A DNA stretch of 43,741 nt from Actinomycetota bacterium (GTDB lineage: Bacteria; Actinomycetota; Thermoleophilia; Gaiellales; Gaiellaceae): positions 1 through 43,741 of the forward strand of contig JBKOXJ010000129.1 of NCBI GenBank assembly GCA_046724905.1, in the 5' to 3' direction. A program made the translations under genes and the position numbers. The notes beneath the pieces were generated by a model. The model did not search any database, was not told the DNA's origin, and was given only the letters and a program-made list of their open reading frames with translations. Below are positions 24,128-32,122 of the stretch, piece by piece. Numbering within the stretch: position 1 is the stretch's first letter; every line of letters begins with the position of its first letter.

Positions 24128-24145
24128 TGACGACGAATAACAGCG

Positions 24146-25180
24146 ATGAGAGTGACGATCCACGACGTTGCGACCCATGCCGGCGTCTCGGCGATGACGG
24201 TGTCGCGCGTCATCAACGAGAGTCCCCGCGTCAGTCCGGACACGCGCGATCGCGTCGAGGCCTCGATCGCCAAGCTCGGGTACGTCCCGAACCGCCTCGC
24301 GCGCGGCCTGATTCAGCGCAAGACACACGCCTTCGGCGTGATCGTCCCGGACGTCGCCAACCCGTTCTTCACGCTCGTCGTGCGGGGCGCCGAGCAGGTC
24401 GCCTGGCGGGCGGGTTATCACGTCATCCTCTGCGACACCCAGGGCGACCTCGAGCGCGAGCGCGGCTACATCGAGGACATGATCGCGTTCCAAGTCGAGG
24501 GCGTGCTGATCGCGCCCGCCGGGGACCGCTCTCGCCCGCAGCTCCGCCGGCTCACGCGCAACAACGTCCCGTTCGTTTTGGTCGACCGCTCGATCTCCGG
24601 CTTCGACGCCGACCTCGTGCAGGGAGACAGCGTCGGCGGTGCGCGCCAACTCGTCACGCACCTGATCGGGCTCGGCCACCGGCGAATCGGGATGGTCACG
24701 GAGACGGCAGAGGTCTCGACCGCGCGCGACCGCCTCCAGGGATACCGCGAGGCGCTCGAGCAGGCAGGGATCGAGCCCGATCCGGAGCTCGTCGTCGAAT
24801 CGAGCGCGATCGACCCTGACGTCGCCGCCGCGGGAACGCTGCGCCTGCTGGCTCTGCCGGACCCGCCGACGGCGATCTTCGCCGTGAACAACATCGCCGT
24901 CGTGGGCGTCGCCGAAGCAGCCCGGCAGCAGGACCTCGAGATTCCGCGCGACCTCGCAGTCGTCTGCTTCGACGACATCGAGCACGTCTCGCGCCTGTAC
25001 CCGTTCCTCACGGTCATGGCCCAGCCCGCCGAGACGTACGGCACAGTCGCAACGCAGCTGCTCCTGGACCGGCTCACCGGACGCGTCCGCGAACGGCGGC
25101 GGATCGTCGTTCTCCCGGCTGACCTGATCGTCCGCAAGTCGAGCGGCGCGCCGGCCCCCGTGGCGGCCGAGACCGAATGA
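24146..25180 (+). CDS. LacI-family transcriptional regulator
   Basis: 344 aa. N-terminal HTH MRVTIHDVATHAGVSAMTVSRVINE plus a periplasmic-binding-fold sensor domain. Confidence 0.9.
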   Translation: MRVTIHDVATHAGVSAMTVSRVINESPRVSPDTRDRVEASIAKLGYVPNRLARGLIQRKTHAFGVIVPDVANPFFTLVVRGAEQVAWRAGYHVILCDTQGDLERERGYIEDMIAFQVEGVLIAPAGDRSRPQLRRLTRNNVPFVLVDRSISGFDADLVQGDSVGGARQLVTHLIGLGHRRIGMVTETAEVSTARDRLQGYREALEQAGIEPDPELVVESSAIDPDVAAAGTLRLLALPDPPTAIFAVNNIAVVGVAEAARQQDLEIPRDLAVVCFDDIEHVSRLYPFLTVMAQPAETYGTVATQLLLDRLTGRVRERRRIVVLPADLIVRKSSGAPAPVAAETE

Positions 25181-26049
25181 CGTACGGCGGGATCGAGGCC
25201 GGCGGAACGAAGTGGGTCTGCGCGATCGGCACCGCTCCGGACGACCTGGAGGAGGTCATCACCTTCCCCACGACGACGCCGGCGGAGACGATCGCGCGCG
25301 CGGCCGACTTCTTCGCGAGCACCGGCTCGGTCGCAGCGGTTGGCATCGGCTCGTTCGGCCCGATCGACCTGCAGCGGGAGTCGCCGACGTGGGGGCGGAT
25401 CACGACGACGCCGAAGCCCGGCTGGGCCAAGACCGACATCGGATCGGCGCTCGCGACGGCGCTGCGGATCCCGGTCGCCGTCGACACCGACGTCAACGCC
25501 GCTGCGCTCGGCGAGCACCGCTGGGGAGCCGCCGTCGGGCTCGACACCTTCTGCTACATCACGGTCGGCACCGGGATCGGCGGTGGGGGAATGGCGAACG
25601 GCCGGCTCATGCACGGCCTGGTGCACCCGGAGCTCGGACACATGCGCATTCCGCACGACCGCGAGCGCGATCCGTTCGACGGCGTCTGCCCCTACCACGG
25701 CGACTGCCTGGAGGGGCTCGCCTCCGGGGAGGCGATCCGCGCCCGCTGGGGAGCGGCGGCCGAAGACAGCGCCGAGGACCGCGTCTGGCGCCTCGAAGCC
25801 GAGTACCTCGCGCTCGGGCTCGTGAACGTGATCTGCACGCTCTCGCCCCAGCGGATCGTGCTCGGAGGCGGGGTCATGAAGGAGACCCGATTACTGCCGC
25901 TCGTCCGGGAGCAGGTCAGCGAGCTGCTCGCGGGCTACATCAGCGCCCCCGAGCTTGCCGGCGACCTCGGCGAGTACCTCGTCGCGCCCGCGCTCGGCGA
26001 CCGGGCCGGCGTCCTCGGCTCGCTCGAACTCGCGCGAAGCTGCGCGTAG
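25177..26049 (+). CDS. ROK-family fructokinase (GmuE/ScrK-like)
   Basis: 290 aa. MTYGGIEAGGTKWVCAIG.., ..GIGSFGPIDL.., ..TDVNAAALGE.., ..GHMRI..CPYHGDCLEGLASGEAI.. closely follows the B. subtilis-type ROK fructokinase pattern. ATGA overlap with the LacI gene. Confidence 0.85.
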   Translation: MTYGGIEAGGTKWVCAIGTAPDDLEEVITFPTTTPAETIARAADFFASTGSVAAVGIGSFGPIDLQRESPTWGRITTTPKPGWAKTDIGSALATALRIPVAVDTDVNAAALGEHRWGAAVGLDTFCYITVGTGIGGGGMANGRLMHGLVHPELGHMRIPHDRERDPFDGVCPYHGDCLEGLASGEAIRARWGAAAEDSAEDRVWRLEAEYLALGLVNVICTLSPQRIVLGGGVMKETRLLPLVREQVSELLAGYISAPELAGDLGEYLVAPALGDRAGVLGSLELARSCA

Positions 26050-26079
26050 CATGGGACATAGGATGGTGAGCCGGCCCGG

Positions 26080-28053
26080 GTGACCGAGGTTCGCGAAGAC
26101 CGGAGAACGAAGCCGGCCGCTCCGCCCGCGCCCCGCGGAACGTCTCCGACGAAACCGCAGCCGCCCCGCTTTCGGATCAGCCGCGGCTGGATCATCTTCG
26201 CCCTCGCACTGCTCGCCTTCAACTTCTACGTCGGCTCGCGTGCGACCCAGCCCGCGTCGCGCATCCGGGTTCCCTACAGCCCGTTCTTCCTCGAGCAGGT
26301 GCGGGCGGGTCACGTGAAGGAGATCACGTCGAAGGGGACGGCGATCCAGGGCACGTTCACCCAGAAGCTGCGGCACGCCGGGTCGAAGCCGACGACGCGC
26401 TTCCGGACCGAGATTCCCGCGTTTGCCGACAACAATGCGCTCTCGCGGCTGCTCCAGCGCAAGGGCGTGATCGTGAACGCCCAGCCGCTCGATACCGGCC
26501 CGCCGTTGTGGCAGAGCCTGCTGTTCGGCTTCGCGCCGACGCTCCTGTTCATCTTGCTGCTGTTCTGGCTGATGCGGCGCGCGGGGAACGTCCAGAACAT
26601 CCTCGGCTCGTTCGGCCGCTCGCGGGCACGCCGGTATCAACCGTCCGGCGACCGCGTCACCTTCGCGGACGTCGCGGGCATCGACGAGGCCAAGGCGGAG
26701 CTGACGGAGGTCGTGGACTTCTTGCGTCACCCCGAGAAGTACCGGCGGCTCGGCGGCCGGATTCCCCACGGCGTCCTGCTCTCCGGCCCGCCGGGCACCG
26801 GCAAGACCCTGCTCGCGCGGGCCGTCGCGGGTGAGGCGGACGTCCCGTTCTTCTCGATGGCGGCGTCCGAGTTCGTCGAGGCGATCGTCGGGGTCGGAGC
26901 CTCGCGCGTGCGCGACCTGTTCGTGCAGGCGAAGGAGGCGGCGCCGTCGATCGTGTTCATCGACGAGCTCGATGCCATCGGCCGGTCGCGCACCTCCGGC
27001 GTCGCAGGCTTCAGCGGCGGCAACGACGAGCGGGAGCAGACGCTGAACCAGATCCTGACCGAGATGGACGGCTTCGACTCGTCCACGAGCGTGATCGTGA
27101 TCGGTGCGACCAACCGGCCCGACGTGCTCGACCCTGCCCTCCTTCGCCCTGGTCGTTTCGACCGCAGGGTCGCGGTGCAGCCGCCCGACCGTGCCGGTCG
27201 CGAGGCGATCCTGAAAGTGCACACGCGCGGCGTGCCGCTGGGACCGGACGTCGATCTGGGCCGGATCGCCGCGACGACGCCCGGGATGGTGGGGGCAGAT
27301 CTTGCGAACCTCGTGAACGAAGCGGCTTTGATGGCGGCGCGGCGGAATCACGAGGTCGTCACCGAGTCCGACTTCACCGACGCGCTCGAGCGGATCGTCC
27401 TCGGCGCCGAGCGGCGGGTGATGATGACCGACGATGACCGCCGCCGGACCGCCTACCACGAGAGCGGCCACGCGATTGTCGGCATGCTCACGGAGGGCGC
27501 CGATCCCGTCCGCAAGGTCTCGATCATTCCCCGCGGCGTCGCACTCGGGGTGACGTTCGCGGCGCCGGAGAGCGACCGCTTCAACTACCGCGAGCCGGAG
27601 ATCGAGGCGAAGATCAAGGTCGCGCTGGGCGGCCGGGCGGCCGAGGAGGTCGTGTTCGGCGACATCAGTACCGGGGCGGAGTCGGACATCCAGCAGCTCA
27701 CGGAGATCGCCCGCCAGATGGTGGGGCGCTGGGGTATGAGCCCGGCGATCGGTCCCGTCGCCGTGATCCCGCGTGATGGGAGCGGGCCGCTGCTACCCGG
27801 AGCGGCCGAGGTCTCGCCGGAGACGCAGACGCTCGTCGACGCCGAGGTGCGCCGCATCGTCGACGAGGCGCACCAGGAGGTCGTCGCCCTGCTGGAGGAG
27901 CATCGCAACAAGCTCGATTCCCTCGCGAGTGCGTTGCTCGAGCACGAGACGCTCGACGAGGAGGATGCCTACGCGGCCGCAGGCGTTCCGCGAGAGGCCG
28001 CGCCGGCCGCCGACCCGTACGCGGCGGCGGCTCGATCTCGGATCGACGGCTAG
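26080..28053 (+). CDS. ftsH: ATP-dependent zinc metalloprotease FtsH
   Basis: 657 aa. Two N-terminal TM segments, AAA+ Walker A GPPGTGKT, second region of homology, and protease HESGH motif. Confidence 0.9.
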   Translation: MTEVREDRRTKPAAPPAPRGTSPTKPQPPRFRISRGWIIFALALLAFNFYVGSRATQPASRIRVPYSPFFLEQVRAGHVKEITSKGTAIQGTFTQKLRHAGSKPTTRFRTEIPAFADNNALSRLLQRKGVIVNAQPLDTGPPLWQSLLFGFAPTLLFILLLFWLMRRAGNVQNILGSFGRSRARRYQPSGDRVTFADVAGIDEAKAELTEVVDFLRHPEKYRRLGGRIPHGVLLSGPPGTGKTLLARAVAGEADVPFFSMAASEFVEAIVGVGASRVRDLFVQAKEAAPSIVFIDELDAIGRSRTSGVAGFSGGNDEREQTLNQILTEMDGFDSSTSVIVIGATNRPDVLDPALLRPGRFDRRVAVQPPDRAGREAILKVHTRGVPLGPDVDLGRIAATTPGMVGADLANLVNEAALMAARRNHEVVTESDFTDALERIVLGAERRVMMTDDDRRRTAYHESGHAIVGMLTEGADPVRKVSIIPRGVALGVTFAAPESDRFNYREPEIEAKIKVALGGRAAEEVVFGDISTGAESDIQQLTEIARQMVGRWGMSPAIGPVAVIPRDGSGPLLPGAAEVSPETQTLVDAEVRRIVDEAHQEVVALLEEHRNKLDSLASALLEHETLDEEDAYAAAGVPREAAPAADPYAAAARSRIDG

Positions 28054-28388
28054 CGCCCGCCTTCGCGGGCGGCTTCTTCTTCGGCCGTCCGTTCTGCGGT
28101 CGGCAGCGCCTCTAGGCGCTCGTCCGGAATCGGCTTCCCACTCTCGACCGAGAGGCCGTAGGTGCCGTCGACAAGACGCGCCTCCGCGCGCTCGACTGCA
28201 GCGAGTTCTTCGCGGAGGCCGTCAGCGAGCCCTTCGTCCAGCTCGTCCTGGTAGAGATCGGAGGCCCCGCCGGCGGGATCGAACTCGTCCGCCGGCTCGC
28301 CCGTGTCCTCGTGACCGAGTCGCGCCAGCGCCCGCTCGATGCGGCGACGCTCGGCGGAGAGCAGTTCGCGGGCGCGGTCTGGATCCAT
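28050..28388 (-). CDS. DksA/TraR-like protein lacking the C4 zinc-finger cysteines
   Basis: 112 aa. Acidic coiled-coil N-terminus (..DELDEGLADGLREELAAVERAEARL..), then GTYGLSVESGKPIPDERLEALPTAERT, where canonical members have CxxC...CxxC. The stop shares CTAG with the ftsH stop. Confidence 0.55.
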   Translation of the reverse strand: MDPDRARELLSAERRRIERALARLGHEDTGEPADEFDPAGGASDLYQDELDEGLADGLREELAAVERAEARLVDGTYGLSVESGKPIPDERLEALPTAERTAEEEAAREGGR

Positions 28389-28499
28389 GACGCGACCGTA
28401 TCTAAGGAAGCGGCTCCGATGTAGTGCGGTTGAGTCCCACTCCGAGGGGGCATAGAAACTAGGGGGTCGGATCGACCTCTACTGCGGAAGGGGAGAGAG

Positions 28500-29063
28500 A
28501 TGAACAGACGATCCGTGTTACTTACGGTCGCGGCCGCCGGCCTGCTCGCTGTCGCGCCGGGTCCCGCCACAGCGGATCCGAACAACGGGAGCGGCACGTG
28601 GGAGCTGCACATCGAGGTGCCAAACGTCGCGAGCGCATCGAACGGGGACACTCTGGCCATCACCGGCACGGGGGTGTTCTCGACCCACCCGAATTCGGCG
28701 ACGGCGAGCGGAACCTTCACGCACAACGTCGCGGGCGGCGGCACGTTCACCGGCACGTGGACGGCGACCGACTTGATCAGCTTCGAGTTCTACGGCTGCG
28801 GCGTCGTCCCGTCGATCGGCGCGACCTTGCCGCCCAACTTCTGCGGCGGTGCGCTGAAGATGCGAGCGGTGTTCATGCCTGCGGGCACGACCCTGACGAT
28901 TCCGGGGATCATCAACGTCTTCTGCGTGATCGGGCCCCAGGCACCGCCGACGCACGACAATCCGACGGAGCCGGGCGAAGAGGGCATGACGGCGGTCATC
29001 CCGGGGATCGCCAACTTCAACAAGATCGTGTCGGGCATGAACGTCTACGTCCAGACGGCATGA
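28500..29063 (+). CDS. secreted hypothetical protein
   Basis: 187 aa. Signal peptide MNRRSVLLTVAAAGLLAVAPGPATA. Gly/Thr-rich, beta-strand-like body with 4 Cys. GGGGAGAGAG Shine-Dalgarno. No family recognised. Confidence 0.6.
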   Translation: MNRRSVLLTVAAAGLLAVAPGPATADPNNGSGTWELHIEVPNVASASNGDTLAITGTGVFSTHPNSATASGTFTHNVAGGGTFTGTWTATDLISFEFYGCGVVPSIGATLPPNFCGGALKMRAVFMPAGTTLTIPGIINVFCVIGPQAPPTHDNPTEPGEEGMTAVIPGIANFNKIVSGMNVYVQTA

Positions 29064-29521
29064 GACGCCTCACCATGCTCATCGTCGCCGTCGTCGCTCT
29101 CGCAGCGACCGGAGAGGCCGCTCCCGCTCTGCCGAGTGCGAACGGCGGCGGCAGGGGAACCGTCGACGGCGTCACGCCGTTCTCGCAATTCGGCTTCGGC
29201 GTGCAGTTCGGCGCCGCGGGCGCAGCGAGTGGTTCATTCAATTGCCTGATGGCCGGATCCAGCGCTTTCCAGGGATTCGAGCCGCTGATGAAGGTCTCCG
29301 GCAGTGTCACCGGCGGCACCGTCGACACCACGGCCGGGACGGCCTCGTTCATCGGCTCGGGCACGCTGAACCTCGGACCGAGCGGACACATGGACGCCCT
29401 GTTCCTCGTCGGCGTGCGCGAGGGAGGTGCCGGCGTGGGCAAGCTCCACTTGACGGTGCTCGTTCCGCCGTTCCCCGTTCCGGAGGAGACGGTGCTGGTG
29501 GGCCGGATCTCGATCCGATAG
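29060..29521 (+). CDS. secreted hypothetical protein
   Basis: The ATG at 29060 overlaps the previous stop (ATGA). 153 aa. Signal peptide MRRLTMLIVAVVALAATGEA. Gly/Ser/Thr-rich body. No family recognised. Confidence 0.55.
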   Translation: MRRLTMLIVAVVALAATGEAAPALPSANGGGRGTVDGVTPFSQFGFGVQFGAAGAASGSFNCLMAGSSAFQGFEPLMKVSGSVTGGTVDTTAGTASFIGSGTLNLGPSGHMDALFLVGVREGGAGVGKLHLTVLVPPFPVPEETVLVGRISIR

Positions 29522-29530
29522 CGGATCTCT

Positions 29531-29580
29531 GAGGCAGCCACGTGCGGGGAGGTCTCACCCCTCCTCGCCGTGGCTACCTC
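29531..29580. terminator. long imperfect hairpin between convergent genes
   Basis: GAGGCAGCCACG (29531-29542) pairs with CGTGGCTACCTC (29569-29580) at 11/12 positions, with further GGAGG/CCTC pairing inside. It sits between the stops at 29521 (+) and 29632 (-). Confidence 0.45.
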
Positions 29581-29631
29581 TGAATGCACAAGAGGCGGGC
29601 GGATGGACCGCCGCGGCTTTTGGACTGCCGC

Positions 29632-30126
29632 TCAGCGAAGCGACACCGCGACCTGCTCCAGGAGGTCCATGGCGTCCTGCATGCCGGCCTCCATGCCGGA
29701 GTCGATGATCGCGTCGCGGATCTCCTTGCTCGGCGCCTCTACGAGAATCGTGACCGTCGTCCGTCCGTCCGCCTCGGTGAACGTCGCCGTGTTCACCGTC
29801 GCGTTCGCGTCCGCGTCGGGCGCACCCTCGTACGCCTCGGTCGAGACGATTCGCTCGTCCGGAACGATCTCGCGGTACTCGCCGTGGAAGGCGACCTCCA
29901 TGCCGTTGTCGGCGACCATCGCGTACCGCCACTTGCCGCCGACGCGCAGGTCGATCTCGGCAACCGTCATCTGGCCGCGGTTCGCATGCCACCAGCGCTT
30001 GACCAGCTCCGGCGTCGTGAACGCCTTGTAGACCAGGTGCTTCGGCGCATCGAACTCGCGCGCGATCAGGATCTGCTTGTCGGTCGGGAGCGTCACCTTC
30101 GCCGTCCCGCTACTCGTCACCGGCAT
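29632..30126 (-). CDS. SRPBCC-family protein (AHSA1/Aha1-like)
   Basis: 164 aa. ..ILIAREFDAPKHLVYKAFTTPELVKRWW..GGKWRY.. is typical. Overlaps the upstream ArsR gene by 17 nt. Confidence 0.85.
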   Translation of the reverse strand: MPVTSSGTAKVTLPTDKQILIAREFDAPKHLVYKAFTTPELVKRWWHANRGQMTVAEIDLRVGGKWRYAMVADNGMEVAFHGEYREIVPDERIVSTEAYEGAPDADANATVNTATFTEADGRTTVTILVEAPSKEIRDAIIDSGMEAGMQDAMDLLEQVAVSLR

Positions 30127-30463
30127 CTTCGTCCTCCTTTTCCTTGAGTTCCTCGAGCACGACGTCGAGCGCGTCGAAGCGCTCCGACCACGAGCGCTCG
30201 TAGTTCTTGATCCAGTCGTGGATGGGCTTGAGCGCCTCGCCGTTCAGCCGGTAGAGCCGCTGCCGGCCCTGCTCGCGCACGTCGACCGCGCCGACTTCCC
30301 GTAGCACCCGCAGGTGCTTGGACACCTGCGGCTGAGCAATTCCGAGCAGCTGCACCAGGTCGTTGACGGGGTGCTCGCCTCCGGAGAGGGCGTCCAGGAT
30401 CTGCCGCCGCCGGGGCTCGGCAACTGCATTGAACGCGTCTGCTGTCGTCGCTGCTCGTGCCAT
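30110..30463 (-). CDS. ArsR/SmtB-family transcriptional regulator
   Basis: 117 aa. ..AEPRRRQILDALSGGEHPVNDLVQLLGIAQPQVSKHLRVLREVGAVDVREQGRQRLYRL.. . Confidence 0.85.
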   Translation of the reverse strand: MARAATTADAFNAVAEPRRRQILDALSGGEHPVNDLVQLLGIAQPQVSKHLRVLREVGAVDVREQGRQRLYRLNGEALKPIHDWIKNYERSWSERFDALDVVLEELKEKEDEDAGDE

Positions 30464-30471
30464 TCCACGAT

Positions 30472-30493
30472 CATATACCCATATAGGAATATG
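30472..30493. promoter_or_regulatory. A/T-rich palindromic patch directly upstream of the ArsR gene (candidate operator)
   Basis: CATATACCCATATAGGAATATG contains inverted repeat CATAT-AGGA-ATATG (30480-30493) and repeated ATAT blocks. It lies in the 30-nt gap between the sigma-factor stop and the ArsR start. Confidence 0.35.
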
Positions 30494-31660
30494 TCAACTG
30501 CGGCTGCGAAGCTCCTCCAGGCGCTGCTCGAGGAAGCGCCGCTCGGCGTCGGAGCGCACGAGCTCGAGCGCACGCTCGTACGCGGCGCGGGCGTCCTCGA
30601 TACGGTCGAGCCGGCGCAGCAGCTCCGCGCGCGTCGCGTGCAGGTAGTGGTAGCGGAGGAGCTCGAGGCGGTCGACCAGGTCGAGCGCCGCCTGGACGTC
30701 GCCCGCTTCGGCCATCGCGGCGGCCCGGTTCAGCTCGACAACGGGCGAGCCGGTGAGACGGGCAAGCTCGCCGTACAGAGCCGCCAGCTGGGGCCAGTCC
30801 TGCGGCTCCTCGGCGTGGAGAGACGCGATCGCGGCCTGGAGGGCGTACGGGCCGCGGCCGCCGAGCGCCAGGGCGCGATCGAGCGCCGCCTGTCCCTCCG
30901 CGATCTCGTCGACCCTCCAGAGGGACCGATCCTGGTCGCGGAGCAGCACGATCGAGCCGTCGGCGAACCGTGCCTCGCGCCGCGCGTCGTTGATCAGCAT
31001 CAACGCCAGTAGCCCGTGCGCCTCCGGCTCGTCCGGCATCAGCTCCGCGAGCGCGCGCCCGAGCCGGATCGCCTCGGCGGCGAGATCTCCGCGGCCACCG
31101 TAGCCCTCGTTGAAGATCAGGTAGACGACCGCGAGCACCGCCGCCAGGCGGTCGGGGAGCAGGTGCGCCGGCGGTACGCGGAACGGGATCCCGGCGGCCT
31201 TGATCTTGTGCTTCGCCCGGACGAGCCGCTTCTTCATCGTCTCTTCAGGGACGAGGAACGCGCGGGCGATCTCCTCCGTCGTCAGGCCGCCCAGCGTCCG
31301 CAGCGTCAGCGCGACCTGCGCGTCGAGCGCGAGCGCCGGGTGGCAGCACGTGAAGAGGAGCTCGAGCCGCTCGTCGGGGATCGCCGTCTCATCCATCTCG
31401 TCCTCCGTTACCTCCGGCACGTCGAGCAGCCGGGTCTTCGCCGCGAGCGTCCGGTCGCGGCGGATGCGGTCGATCGCGCGGTTGCGCGCGGTCGTCATCA
31501 GCCACGCGCGAGGGTTGGCGGGCGTCCCCTCGCGCGGCCAGCGCTCGGCTGCGACCGCGAACGCCTCCTGGGCGGCTTCCTCGGCGAGGTCGAAGTCGCC
31601 GAGGAAGCCGATCAGGCCGGCGAGGACACGGCCCCACTCGCCGCGGAAGGCCTGCTCCAG
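30494..31660 (-). CDS. COG4941-type ECF-like RNA polymerase sigma factor with long C-terminal helical domain (start uncertain)
   Basis: The sigma region-2-like sequence (..FRGEWGRVLAGLIGFLGDFDLAEEAAQEAFAVAAERWPREGTPANPRAWLMTTARNRAIDRIRR..) is in frame but upstream of the first ATG (31498). No ATG/GTG/TTG precedes it. The candidates are CTG at 31660 or ATA at 31675. Region 4 (..LGGLTTEEIARAFLVPEETMKKRLVRAK..) and a TPR-like tail follow. Confidence 0.7.
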   Translation of the reverse strand: MEQAFRGEWGRVLAGLIGFLGDFDLAEEAAQEAFAVAAERWPREGTPANPRAWLMTTARNRAIDRIRRDRTLAAKTRLLDVPEVTEDEMDETAIPDERLELLFTCCHPALALDAQVALTLRTLGGLTTEEIARAFLVPEETMKKRLVRAKHKIKAAGIPFRVPPAHLLPDRLAAVLAVVYLIFNEGYGGRGDLAAEAIRLGRALAELMPDEPEAHGLLALMLINDARREARFADGSIVLLRDQDRSLWRVDEIAEGQAALDRALALGGRGPYALQAAIASLHAEEPQDWPQLAALYGELARLTGSPVVELNRAAAMAEAGDVQAALDLVDRLELLRYHYLHATRAELLRRLDRIEDARAAYERALELVRSDAERRFLEQRLEELRSRS

Positions 31661-31671
31661 CGTGGACGTGG

Positions 31672-32034
31672 CTATTGCTCCACCACCGGGCGGATCTCGA
31701 CCGAGCCGCCAAGGCGCGCCGCCGGGATCCGCGAGGCGAGCTCGATCGCGGCATCGAGGTTCTCCGCGTCGTAGACGAGCCAGCCGCCGAGTGCTTCCTT
31801 GACGGCGACGAACGGCCCGTCAGTCGTCAGGGTCTTGCCGTTCTCCACCCGAACCGTGGTCGCCGTCTCGGGCGGCTGCAGCCAGACGTCGGACGGCGTC
31901 ACGCCGGGCGTCTGGTTGATCGCCTGGTAGTCGGCGTAGACGGCCTGCTGCTCGTCCTCGGACAGCTGGGCCCACTTCTCGGGCTTGTCCGGCGTGGGCG
32001 TATCGCCTTGCTGGATCAGCAGCACGTACTTCAT
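31672..32034 (-). CDS. YCII-related (DGPF) domain protein
   Basis: The ATG at 32034 is preceded by GAAGGAGGA. 120 aa: MKYVLLIQQG..TTDGPFVAVKEALGGWLVYDAENLDAAIELASRIP.. . Confidence 0.8.
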   Translation of the reverse strand: MKYVLLIQQGDTPTPDKPEKWAQLSEDEQQAVYADYQAINQTPGVTPSDVWLQPPETATTVRVENGKTLTTDGPFVAVKEALGGWLVYDAENLDAAIELASRIPAARLGGSVEIRPVVEQ

Positions 32035-32122
32035 GGCGTCCTCCTTCTCGGGAATGGTCGCGTCTAAGACGAACGGCGGACGAGGAAAGGGACACCTCGT
32101 CGAAACGTCCCCGCCTCGGTGT

